DNA of 64,000 bases, taken from NCBI GenBank assembly GCA_051294375.1, contig CM119264.1:619173-683172 (forward strand). The letters are read 5' to 3'. Below the pieces are notes generated by a model that saw only the letters and a list, made by a program, of their open reading frames with translations, did not search any database and had not been told where the DNA came from. Each line of letters begins with the position of its first letter. Position 1 is the stretch's first letter. A program made the translations under genes and the position numbers. The DNA is from Paraspadella gotoi. Taxonomy: Eukaryota; Animalia; Chaetognatha. Shown piece by piece: positions 1 through 11,099 of this stretch.

Positions 1-317
1 ACTAAAAATATAATTAAATTAAATAAATTAAATTAATCTAATTAAATTGTCCCATGCAGTTAAAAAAAGAGTTTTTAATACCTAGAAAACCATAAAAAAG
101 CAACATCAACATCAAAATCAACAGCAACAACAACGATAAAAACAACAACAATCAAAAAAACAACATCAACATTCAACAACAACAACAAAAACGACAATAA
201 CTCACTGTCTCTCGCTCCAAGCCAAACTGTTTCCCTCAACCGACGTCGATTGATTTCACTGAAAATGAATTCCCATTCATTCATCGAATCCACTGACGCC
301 AAATGACCTGCCAAAGT

Positions 318-600
318 GATGAATGAAAGTGAATGTATGAAAGTCAATGAATGAAAGTGAATGAATGAAAGAGAATGAATGAAATTGAATGAATGAAGGA
401 GAACGAATGAAGGAGAATAAATGAAAGTGAATGAAAGAGAACGAATGAAAGTGAACAAAAGAAAGAGAATGAATGAAGGAGAATAAAAAAGTGAATGAAT
501 GAAAGAGAACAAATGAAAGTGAACGAATTAAAGTGAACGAATGAAAGTGATTGAATGAAAGTGTATGAATGAAAGTGAACGAATGAAAGTGAATGAACTG
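318..600. repeat. Degenerate (GAAT/GAAAGT) simple repeat
   Basis: Repeated gaatgaaagtgaa-like units. Confidence 0.85.
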
Positions 601-1084
601 ACAACCAATATAAAAATTATTCTATCATTTAATAAATAAGCTATCTTGCCCCTGACTTTGGAGTCTAATGGAACATGGTAACGTTTTAGAAAAACTCCAC
701 ACGTCTGCTTAATGGTGCTTATTGATGCTTGGTGCTTGGTGCTTATTGGTTTGGAATTAAATGAATGATTTATAGGATTAAGGATAAGATTTAATATTAA
801 GGTTTGGACTCTGGTTATGGATTAGGGATTAAGGTGAGGGATGTAATTAGGAGTAATGATAACAATAAGCATCATTAGAAATTGGGCGTTTTCGGAAAAT
901 AGAGCGACAAATGTCTCACCGGTCAATTTCCTGCAGTATCTCTCTGCGTCGTGCCAATGACGTTTCTCTCGCCCGAACAGATAACGCGATGTCGTTCTGT
1001 TACCGAAATCCAGAAATATCGGACCTGTCGTTTGAATCTTATTAAATTTTAGGAGTAGGTCAAATCAATGATTGTATATTATAC

Positions 1085-1210
1085 CTTCAATGCAGTCCAC
1101 GGCAGTGCATGTCCAATCTCCATCTTCCTTGCAGAAACAATTGTTGCAACCTTTGTCTTCCACCCAAAATCTTATCTCTGATTTCGGAGCCTCTTCTCCA
1201 GGAGTGCAGT
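1085..1210 (-). CDS. Internal exon encoding a pacifastin-like (MEROPS I19 / VWC-like) six-Cys domain, copy 1
   Basis: Translates (D)CTPGEEAPKSEIRFWVEDKGCNNCFCKEDGDWTCTAVDCIE(G), matching the pacifastin pattern C-xn-C-N-x-C-x-C-x3-G-x3-C-T-x3-C with a long first loop (19 aa). Bounded by a pyrimidine-rich acceptor (ctcccctttcggcctcacag|AC) and donor (GAAG|gtataa); 126 nt, symmetric phase 1-1. Confidence 0.8.
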
Positions 1211-1935
1211 CTGTGAGGCCGAAAGGGGAGTATGACAAGACAATGCAATCTCTATGTTGTCTGGTTCCTATAGCCTCTTCTCCAGGAGTGCAGTCTGTGA
1301 GGCCGAAAGGGGAGTATGACAAGACAATGCAATCTCTATGTTGTCTGGTTCCTATAGCCTCTTCTCCAGGAGTGCAGTCTGTGAGGCCGAAAGGGGGAGT
1401 ATGACAAGACAATGCAATCTCTATGTTGTCTGGTTCCTATAGCCTCTTCTCCAGGAGTGCAGTCTGTGAGGCCGAAAGGGGGAGTATGACAAGACAATGC
1501 AATCTCTATGTTGTCTGGTCTATAGCCTCTCTCCAGGAGTGCAGTCTGTGGCGAAAGGGAGTATGACAGACAATCAATCTCTAGTTGTCTGGTTCCTATA
1601 GCCTTCTCCAGAGTGCAGTCTGTGAGGCCGAAAGGGGGAGTATGACAAGACAATGCAATCTCTATGTTGTCTGGTTCCTATAGCCTCTTCTCCAGGAGTG
1701 CAGTCTGTGAGGCTGAAAGGGGAGTATGACAAGACAATGCAATCTCTATGTTGCCTGGTTCCTATAGCCTCTTCTCCAGGAGTGCAGTCTGTGAGGCCGA
1801 AAGGGGGAGTATGACAAGACAATGCAATCTCTATGTTGCCTGGTTCCTATAGCCTCTTCTCCAGGAGTGCAGTCTGTGAGGCCGAAAGGGGAGGTATGAC
1901 AAGACAATGCAATCTCTATGTTGTCTGGTTCCTAT
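1188..1935. repeat. 84/85-bp minisatellite, 9 units, each containing the exon acceptor plus first 23 exonic nt
   Basis: Units start at 1188, 1272, 1356, 1441, 1524, 1600, 1682, 1766, 1851 (agcctcttctccaggagtgcagtctgtgaggccgaaagggg(g)agtatgacaagacaatgcaatctctatgttgtctggttcctat); middle units carry small deletions. Confidence 0.95.
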
Positions 1936-2139
1936 TGACTAAATGTGCAACGCTAATAAATTGCTTTCGTTTATTTTGTAAACAATTCAATGTTTAATTT
2001 ACTTTTAATGGACAATGATTAAATTTTTAAATTTATAAATTTATAAAACAAACTATCATTTATATTTTTTGTTCTCTAGTTAAAATTTTAGGCAGATTTA
2101 ATTAGGCAGATTTAATTAGGTTGATATTGAGTAAGGCGA

Positions 2140-2262
2140 CGACGTGTTACGCCGACTAAGTGGGCTGAAGAACGCTTCCCGCAACTCCTTCGACCATGGT
2201 CCTGGGCTTAAGGACCAGGCTTGGGGCTTCCCCACGCCCGCACAATGGAGTTTATGGCCTTC
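2140..2262 (-). mobile_element. Body fragment of a SINE-like dispersed repeat (also 3527-3655; related to 48745-48870 on +)
   Basis: Reverse complement gccataaac...gggcgtgggaagccccaagcctggtccttaagcccaggacc resembles ggctgtaaaccgcc...ggcgtggaaaacccttaagcctggttccaagcccaggacc at ~48796-48853. Confidence 0.55.
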
Positions 2263-2475
2263 CTCTCGCAAGATATTGAGAAATCAGTGAGTTTGAGGGA
2301 TGATAGAATTAATTACCAAGTTTACGTTTACAAGAACTATTTCGGGCACTGAAATTTTGGTCACGTGACAATTTTTTGGCCTTATTTTTTAAAGCGGCCC
2401 ATTTCAATTAGTTTGTAGGTTTAAAGATTTTGTTAGTGATTATAATTGAGGTTAGGCCCTAAGTTTTAAGTTTTT

Positions 2476-2948
2476 AGTCGGATCTGCTTATCAGCAGATC
2501 CCGACTCTATAACTCACTTTTTCGGTCCGTCGGTCCGCCCCTCAATATTGTCGGGCACACACTTATATCATGTCAGAACATCGAATTATGATAAATTATG
2601 CAAAAAAAACGATGTCCGTCCGTCCGTCTGTCTGTCCGTCCGTCCGTCCGTCCGTCCGTCCGTCCGTCCGTCCGTCCGTCCGTCCGTCCGTCCGTCCGTC
2701 CGTCCGTCCGTCCGTCCGTCCGTCCCACCTTAGCAAAAACTCCAATTACTCGTGATTGTATGGATGGATTGGTATGAAATTTTGTGTGTGGGTAGGAAAC
2801 TGTGTGATTGAGATGGATATGAAGTTTCGAGGGAATCGTGCGAGTGGAAATTGGTTAAATGGAAAAAAACAAAAAAATATATTTCACTATTTGAACGCCA
2901 ATTGCTTATGAGTGGATAGGGCAATTGACTTGAAATTTTGTATGATGG
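2476..2948 (+). mobile_element. DINE-1/HINE-like non-autonomous Helentron element, 5' part
   Basis: Starts after a T-run with subterminal repeat gtcggatctgc (2477-2487) and adjacent inverted copy gcagatcccgac, then a (GTCC)n microsatellite at ~2614-2725. Other copies end in gcagatccgac + hairpin + T-run. Absent from the paralogous site at 3865-3870. Confidence 0.8.
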
Positions 2949-2973
2949 NNNNNNNNNNNNNNNNNNNNNNNNN

Positions 2974-3077
2974 GGTCAAATCAATGATTGTATATTATAC
3001 CTTCAATGCAGTCTACAGCAGTGTAGGTCAAATCAATGATTGTATATTATACCTTCAATGCAGTCCACGGCAGTGCA
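2974..3077. repeat. 52-bp tandem duplication spanning the donor site of the pacifastin exon (copy 2)
   Basis: ggtcaaatcaatgattgtatattataccttcaatgcagtc.ac.gcagtg at 2974 and 3026; truncated on the left by the 25-N gap. Confidence 0.85.
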
Positions 3078-3869
3078 TGTCCAATCTCCATCTTCCTTGC
3101 AGAAACAATTGTTGCAACCTTTGTCTTCCACCCAAAATCTTATCTCTGATTTTGGAGCCTCTTCTCCAGGAGTGCAGTCTGTGAGGCCGAAAGGGNNNNN
3201 NNNNNNNNNNNNNNNNNNNNNNNNNNNNNNNNNNNNNNNNNNNNNNNNNNNNNNNNNNNNNNNNNNNNNNNNNNNNNNNNNNNNNNNNNNNNNNNNNNNN
3301 NNNNNNNNNNNNNNNNNNNNNNNNNNNNNNNNNNNNNNNNNNNNNNNNNNNNNNNNNNNNNNNNNNNNNNNNNNNNNNNNNNNNNNNNNNNNNNNNNNNN
3401 NNNNNNNNNNNNNNNNNNNNNNATTTATAAATTTATAAAACAAACTATCATTTATATATTTTCATTCTCAAGTTGAAATTTTAGGCAGATTTAATTAGGC
3501 AGATTTAATTAGGTTGACATTGAGTAAGGCGACGACGTGTTACGCCGACTAAGTGGGCTGAAGAACGCTTCCCACAACTCCTTCGACCATGGTCCTGGGC
3601 TTAAGAACCAGGCTTGAGGGCTTCCCCACGCCCGCACAATGGAGTTTATGGCCTTCCCCTCGCAAGATATTGAGAAATCAGTGAGTTTGAGGAATGTTAG
3701 AATTAATTACCAAGTTTACGTTTACAAGAACAATTTCGGGCACTGAAATTTTGGTCACGTGACAATTTTTTGGCCTTATTTTTTAAAACGGCCCATTTCA
3801 ATTATTTTGTAGGTTTAAAGATTTTGTTAGTGAATATAATTGAGGTTAGGCCCTAAGTTTTAAGTTTTT
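3024..3869 (+). repeat. Second copy of segment 1056-2475 (haplotype or tandem duplication)
   Basis: Collinear with 1056-1227 and 2040-2475 with scattered substitutions; separated from copy 1 by a 25-N gap. Confidence 0.9.
3053..3178 (-). CDS. Pacifastin-like exon, copy 2 (allele or tandem duplicate of 1085-1210)
   Basis: Same peptide and same splice sites as copy 1; differs by synonymous changes (e.g. CCG/CCA). Confidence 0.75.
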
Positions 3870-4247
3870 AAAGACTGTATATCGAGCTTAAAAATAAGGT
3901 CACGAATCAAGGAACGGATATGAGGCGCTTTGGAGAAAAAGAGCAGGTTATAATAGTGATTAATTTAATAAGAAATAATAATTATAAATATTAAAAATAA
4001 CGAGATTAACGAATAGGCAAGAATATTTAAACATTCATATCTTGAGATATTTTAATCGGTGGGTAAGTCAACTTGGTGACTTTTGACTTACCTCTACTCA
4101 ATCGCCGTCCGAAGCAAAGCGCCACCAACGACAAAAGCGCAAAACTAAACCAAAGCCTCGGTTTCATTTTCGAGTGAGAAAAAAAGAGGGAAACGACTTT
4201 TTGTTCTTGAAAACTTGGAATGATTATCTGATCGAGGGAAATTGAAT

Positions 4248-4325
<78 letters not shown>

Positions 4326-5033
4326 TTTAATTCGATTGTGGAAACTTTCTTTCTACAGAATAACTTCATTGTTTAAAAGCAATTATTGAGTACAAAAAAG
4401 TAATTTTTGAGTTTTGAGTTTTGAAACCTTTAATAATCCTCAACCAATTATCCGGTATACTTACAAAAAAAGTGAAAGCCACAATTTATATAAATATAAT
4501 TCATATAAATATAATATACATATCTTTCACTTAATTACAATGTGAGGTTTTCGTCCCTGCGAATTATTCTCCTGATTCAGTGCGACAATAATATATGTGA
4601 ATAAAGTTTTTCATTTTACTATTTCATTTCTTCATTTCTTCATTTCTTCATTTCTTCATTTCTTCATTTCTTAAAAAAAAATACAATTGGAATAAATCAT
4701 ACGTTTCATAATAAACTTCTCTTTCTCCTTTAATTTCAGGGTTCAATTCCTGGATCCACTAAGCCGCTCATAAAGAAGTGCAGCACCTAAACTAATTCAC
4801 AAGTCACAACTAATAATTATTATATTACTTTCCATTCCAAATTAAACCAAAAATCGAGCAATTAAAAAAAAAATTAATCAAAATTAAGCTTTTTTTATTT
4901 CCATTCGCGACTTTTTTTTTTAATTCGCGAATTGATATTCGCATTTTGCGATCGCATTTTTCATACTTTGGCGCCATTTTCCTTTTAGTGCGAATTAATA
5001 TGCAAAACCAGGCGTCGCTCACCGTCGCCGAAT

Positions 5034-5092
<59 letters not shown>

Positions 5093-5199
5093 AAGAGAAA
5101 GAAAGAAGAGAAATGAAAAAGAATTTAATTGAAAAAAAAAAAGATTTTATGTTTTTAAATTTGGTCACATTTTTAAGTTTAAGTTTGATTTTTAATCTT

Positions 5200-6085
5200 T
5201 GGGTTCGTTCGTTCGTGTCGTTCGTTCGTTCGTCTCGTTCGTTCGTGTCTTGTTCTTTCGTCGTCGTTCGTTTATTCCTTCATTCGTTTGTTGTTTGTTC
5301 GTTCGTTCGTTTCATTCGTTAATTCGTCGTTCGTTCGTTCGTTCGTCGTTCGTCGTTTGTTTGTTCGTTCAGTCATTCACTCATTTGTTAGTTCGTTAAT
5401 TCGTTCGTTTGTTTGTTTTTATTTGTTTGTTTGTTTGTTCGTTGATTTGTTGGTTGGTTGGTTGGTTTGGTTGGTGGTTGGTTGGTTGGTTGGTTGGTTG
5501 GTTGGTTGGTTCGTTTCGTTCGTTCGTTCGTCCGTTTGTTGTTTGTTTTTCATTCGTTTTCGTTCATTAGTTAGTTCGTTAATTTGTTCATTCATTTCCT
5601 TCATTCGTTTGTTAGTTTGTTCGTCCGTTCGTTTGTTTTTTCGTTTGTTCGTTCGTTTCGTTTGTTCGTTACTTCATTCAATCATTCATTCGTTCGTTTG
5701 TTCATTCGTTCGTTCGTTCATTCTGTTTCATCGTTCGTTCGTTCATTCGTTCGTTCGTTCATTCATTCGTTCATTCGTTTGTTTGTTCGTTCGTTCGTTC
5801 CTTCATTCATTTGTTAGTTCCTTAGTTCGTTCGTTCGTTTCATTCGTTCGTTCTTATTCGTTGGTTCATTCGTTTTTCGTTTGTTCATTCATCGTTCATC
5901 GTGTTCATTCATTCTTTGTTCGTTCGTTCGTTCGTACGTTCCTTCGTTCCTTCATTCGTTTGTTAGTTCATTAGTTCGTTTGTTCGTTCATTCGTTCGTT
6001 CGTTCCTTCATTCGTTCGTTTGTTCGTTCCTTCATTCGTTCGTTCCTTCATTCGTTCGTTCGTTCATTCGTTTGTTCGTTTTTTC
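5200..6085. repeat. Compound (TTCG)/(TTCA)/(TTGG)/(TTTG) tetranucleotide tract
   Basis: Direct inspection; source of several spurious ORFs. Confidence 0.95.
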
Positions 6086-6444
6086 ATTTGTTCTCTAGTT
6101 TTTTCTGTTTCCTTTTTTTAAAATTTTTCCTTTTTCTTTCTTCCTTTCTAAAAAATTCCTCAACATTTCTTTTTCCTTTTCTTTCCCTTTTACCCTCAAT
6201 TCTACGCAAAAAAACTTTAAAAAAGGCACTATTTTCTTATAAGACCCATTTCTGTTCTAACTTAATAGCTTATAAAAAACAATATTCCCCTTAACGACCA
6301 TAGTGGATAAAATTTAAATGTTAACGTATACGGCATTAAAATAATCTATCATGACCATAGATTACGGTATTCAATATTTTTTGTCAAAAATGCCTTCTTG
6401 TGAGGGTACTACAGCCTAATTAAAAATATTATATTACTATATAG

Positions 6445-7045
6445 TAAGGCGTAGTGAAAGTTACATACGAAAATTCTAAAAGTAAATTATGAACAACATA
6501 CCATCAGTGAACATTAATTTGTAAAAAAAAATAAATTTTATGTTTTTTAATTTTCGCAGTAGGCTATATTTATATATAGTACTAACCTTATAAAAATAGG
6601 CTTTCTTAATTTTGATTGCAGATTTGAATTCCTCGTAAAAAGTTGTTAAAAGAAAATATAAGTCATTTTTTAAAAATTCTTTCATTAAGTGGGTTAAAAA
6701 TTTAAAAAAACTATATTTAATATAAAAAGTTAATTTTCAGCTTAAAATATAAACTTTTTCTCATTTTTTGACCCACTTAATGAAGGAATTTTTCAAAAAA
6801 GAGTTATATTTCTTTCTATCAACTTTTTATGACGAATCCAACATCTGCACAAAAAATCTTACAAAAAAACTGTTTTGAAATTTTAACATTTATGGTTTAG
6901 TACTAGTATAAATATGGCCTACTGCGTAAATTGTAAAATTTATAATAAATTTTTTTATTACATAAATGTTCATTAATATAATGTTGTTCGTTCCTCACTT
7001 TTAGAATTTAATTAAAGTTAAATTTAGAAAATTTACTACGCCTTA
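6445..7045. mobile_element. 601-bp foldback MITE, possibly hAT-type (8-bp flanking duplication)
   Basis: Termini taaggcgtagtgaaa / tttactacgcctta; flanked on both sides by ctatatag (6437-6444, 7046-7053); internal halves are degenerate reverse complements (e.g. cattaagtgggttaaaaa vs ttttgacccacttaatg). Confidence 0.75.
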
Positions 7046-8839
7046 CTATATAGAGCAAATTTTTTTTTTGAAATCTTAAATTTGTTTGATGGATTCTGAT
7101 ATAGCATAAAAAGTTGAACAAGAAAAAGAGAGAGATAAATATGGCCTACTGCGTAAATTGTAAAATTTATAATAAATTTTTTTATTACATAAATGTTCAT
7201 ATTAATATAATGTTGTTCGTTCCTCACTTTTAGAATTTTAATTAAGTTAAATTTAAAGAAAAATTTACTACGCCTTACTAATATAGAGCAAATTTTTTTT
7301 TTGAAATCTTAAATTTGTTTGATGGAATTCTGATAATAAGCATAAAAAGTTGAACAAGAAAGCATAATTACAGCAGTTTAAAAATTCTTACGTTTGTCTA
7401 AGTGAAAATATAAAAAAAAACTGAAAAAATCATTGAAAGATGATAGATATGATGATTTTTTACAGTTTTTATTTTTTTGACACACTGTCAAAAAAATATT
7501 TAAAAAAAAAGAATTATACTTTGTGCAGAACAACTTTTTATGAGCTAATANNNNNNNNNNNNNNNNNNNNNNNNNATCCGAATCTGGATTTAAAATTTAA
7601 AAATTCTCAAAAAAATTGTGGTCTTTCCTATCTATAAATAAATATTAACAAAATATTTACTAGGGAAGAGCCATAATAAAAATTTTTTGTCCATTAAAAG
7701 TATTCTTAAAAATGTCTAAATATTCGTTTGAGCATGTACTCACTCTCAATTTTTGACTTGCCCCATTGAGTTTATTAACTTCTTTCTAATTTGCTTTAAA
7801 TTAAGCTTAGCTCTTTTCTTTACCCACTCAGCATTAAACATCGTTTTTTGAAAGAAAAAAAATATTGCGTATTTAAAGCGGAATTTTATCTTACACATAT
7901 GCTTAAGGTTTTCTTCAAGAGTATATTTTAAAAAGAAAATGAATTGCTATTGAATTTCCCAATTATAAAAAATTCATTCTTTTTCTGTTAATGAGAAGGA
8001 ATTCAATATCTATGTTTGGCCGCTTATAATGACATAAGATTATAGATATCCCAATAGTACTGTCCGTTAATAAAAGCTTACTGTACCTATACCAGATCAA
8101 AAAAATTTAATATATTATTATGAATAAGAGCAGAAGTATAGACCCTTTAATATGATTTTAAAAATGGAATAAAGCAAACTCCTATAGATATTATATTTTT
8201 TCAGTGATTTAAAAAAAAAATGAGATTATATATTTTTTATATTTAATAATATTTTTATAATATTGAATAAATAATCTCATAAATAGTCTCCTTAGATGCA
8301 GGACAGTAAGAAACAACCTCATATTTTTCCCTGCAGAGCTTTTATAATATATTATTCATTTTTTGAAAATTATCTACTTACCCAAACAGTTTCATATGAT
8401 ATTTAAAAATTAAAGGACAATACCATTAGGATACGCTGTATGACAACAAATGACATTGCTTTTGCCTACTTAATAAAATTCTAAGAATAAAAAATTACCA
8501 ATGCCTTTTTGAATAATACATTTTTTTAGCAGCGGGTTTAAAACTATCACTGTAATTCCCAACCGTAATCACGACCATTAACTTTAATTCTTAAGCCTAA
8601 TCCTGAACCAAAACTTTTAACCTAATCTTAACCTAATATTTATTAATCTAACCTTTAAACCTGAAAACTACTTTATTTTTAAATATAAGCGTGAATGAGG
8701 AGCTTTTAGAAAAAAGGGCTTTAAAAAAATTAAAAAAAAAAATTTCTGGTTTCGTTTCAGTTTCTCATTATGACGTCATTTCAATTTTTTCACTTTTTTT
8801 TCAAAAGCTTGTCAAAGCTTTTTGAATAATTTACCATTA

Positions 8840-8870
<31 letters not shown>

Positions 8871-8871
8871 T

Positions 8872-8903
<32 letters not shown>

Positions 8904-9124
8904 CATTTCTCTCTTTCACATTTCCCTTTCCCTCTCTGGCCGAAGTCTGTCTGTCTGTCTTACTTTCTTTCTTTCCTTCTTTCTTTCTTTCTTTCTTTCT
9001 CTGCGAGACCAAGAGATAGTTTAAGAAAAAAAGGAAGAAAGAAAGAGAATGATGGAGAGAGTCAGAGAGAGATAGAGAGAGGTAGATAGAGACAGAGAGA
9101 GAGAGAGAGTGAGAATGATCAGAC

Positions 9125-9314
9125 CGCGGGTGAAAAATAGAAGCAAAATTGAGAGAAGACAACATCTCAGGAAAATGAGGAGGAGGAGGAGGAGGAAGAA
9201 GAGAAGGAAACAGGAGGAGGAAGAGGAGAAGGAGGAGGAAAATAAGGAGGAAGAGGAGGAGGCGCGTCTTGCGTGACGCGCGTGGTGAAGGTTTTTGCTC
9301 GCGACTTCATTCAT
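9125..9314 (-). CDS. Candidate first coding exon with signal-peptide-like hydrophobic stretch
   Basis: ATG at 9314; MNEVASKNLHHARHARRASSSSSLFSSSFSSSSSCFLLFFLLLLLLIFLRCCLLSILLLFFTR(G); CpG-rich start; weak phase-1 donor G|gtctga. Much of it is (TCC/CTC)n-derived. Confidence 0.3.
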
Positions 9315-9344
9315 CAGATGCAAAGTCGACAAAACGTCCCAGAC

Positions 9345-9413
<69 letters not shown>

Positions 9414-10180
9414 TTCTGTCTTTGTCTCTCTGTCTCCGTCTTTTTCGCACTCTCTGTTTAATTCTTTCTTTGTCTTTCTCTCTCTCTTTCTTTCTTATTT
9501 TTCTATCTTTCTCTCCTTCTCTTTACCTCTTCATTCCTCTTTTCCATCCTCCTCACTCCTTTCTCTCCTTGTCTCTCCCTCTCACTCTCTCTCTCTCTCT
9601 TCCTCTCTCTCTCTCCCTCTCCCTCTCTTCTCTTCTTTAGCTGAAAATGATTTTCCATCGGATCTCGAAATCATGAAAAATATCAACTCGAAGAGAAAAG
9701 GAAAAAAAAAAAAAAAAAAAAGAAAAAAATGCGGAAAATGAAAATGAAAAGAAAACCTTAAAAAAAAGGCCCAAAAAAAGAGAAAAAAACATCGTAAAAG
9801 ATGGCGGCTTTTAAAAAAAGGAAAAAAAAACATACGTATTTTTCTTTTTTTTCCTTTTCCTCCATTTTTTTCTTCTTTCCTCTTTCCTTTTTCCTCTTTC
9901 CTTTCTTTTATTTTCTTTCTTTTTTTTTACCTTTCCTCCCTTTTTTCTTCTTATCCTTTTTCCTCTTTCCTATCTTTTTTCTTCTCTTCTTTTTTCCTCT
10001 TTCCTTTATTTTTTTTCTTTCTTCTTTCTTTTTTCTTTTTTCTTTTTTCCTCTTTCCTTTATTTTTTTTCTTTCTTCTCTCTTTTTTTCTCCTTTTTTTC
10101 TCGATTTCCCTATTTCTCGGTTCCTCTGCTGATGTCATCTTTTTATCGCTCTTTTCCAATTCCACCTTTTCGCCCCTTAA

Positions 10181-10282
<102 letters not shown>

Positions 10283-10614
10283 CCTGGATGAGTTGTTTTT
10301 TTTTCTTTCTAACTTTTTTTCATTTTTGTTTTCTTGTTTTTTCCCAAAATTTTTATTTTTATTCTCGGTTGGATAAACCTTGTTCTTTTTTTTCTCAAAA
10401 CCGTCAGATGGCGCAGGATTTTTTGTTGCTTTTAAAACAAAATGAGATCGGATGTTCGTTGCTATAAACGTTTACATCGATTTCACACTCCGTCATTTAA
10501 ACTAGAAAAATCTAATAATTTTATATTTGCGATTTTCTCAATCAACTTCGCAATTCTAATCATCATCCCGATGGCAATTTGGCCACTTCTCCCTAACTAC
10601 AAGACGCATTCCCT

Positions 10615-10730
10615 GGTAACCCGGTGGCTAATTGAGAAATAACGTCATCTCATGACCGTGAGGGTACGGGGATCGATCCCTAAAGGTACGAGAATCGTAG
10701 GAACGGCAGTAAACCGCCTCGACCGCATTT
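10615..10730 (+). mobile_element. tRNA-headed SINE fragment
   Basis: A-box-like cggtggctaattgag and B-box-like ggatcgatccc, followed by gtaaaccgcc; same head at 42530-42620 (minus) and 52485-52540. Confidence 0.55.
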
Positions 10731-11099
10731 CCAACCAATCTACTTAGGTTGTAAACCCAGTACACATTGTATTGTTGCAAAGGGTTGGCACAGAAATAAC
10801 TGATAATTAATCTTCAGATCTCTTCATTCTCATTTCTGACATAATCTCTTTATAGTAGTTGCGCCGCGAGTACTCGCACAGAAACTCAATAAGTCACTTT
10901 TCGGTCGGTCAGTCGGTAGGTTGTTATGTCTGTTTCTCTGTCGGTCCGTTCTACTTTCGTTAGAAATGCTCATAACTCGGGAAATGCCTCATCAATTCAG
11001 TTCTCATTCACATAAGACCTTTAACTTGTGAAGTCACGTGATTCTAAAAAAAAGATCACATGACCTGAAATGAGGTTTAAATTTGTGGCTGGGTGTCGG

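Noticed and set aside
1072-1404. Plus-strand ORF over the 84-bp repeat
   Set aside because: Antisense shadow of the pacifastin exon and minisatellite; no motif or splice support.
1188-1935. CRISPR-like regular array
   Set aside because: Units are contiguous with no unique spacers; eukaryotic context, no cas genes. The same applies to the 31-bp and 38-bp arrays.
4740-4791. Possible terminal exon GSIPGSTKPLIKKCST* after a good acceptor
   Set aside because: Too short, and it begins with a B-box-like ggttcaattcc suggesting a SINE remnant; no upstream partner exon.
5113-6294. Several Phe/Val/Ser/Arg-rich ORFs
   Set aside because: Translations of tetranucleotide microsatellites.
7135-7360. Tandem duplication of the MITE right end (6908-7125)
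   Set aside because: Second copy has 1-bp insertions typical of read noise and precedes a 25-N gap; likely overlap artefact.
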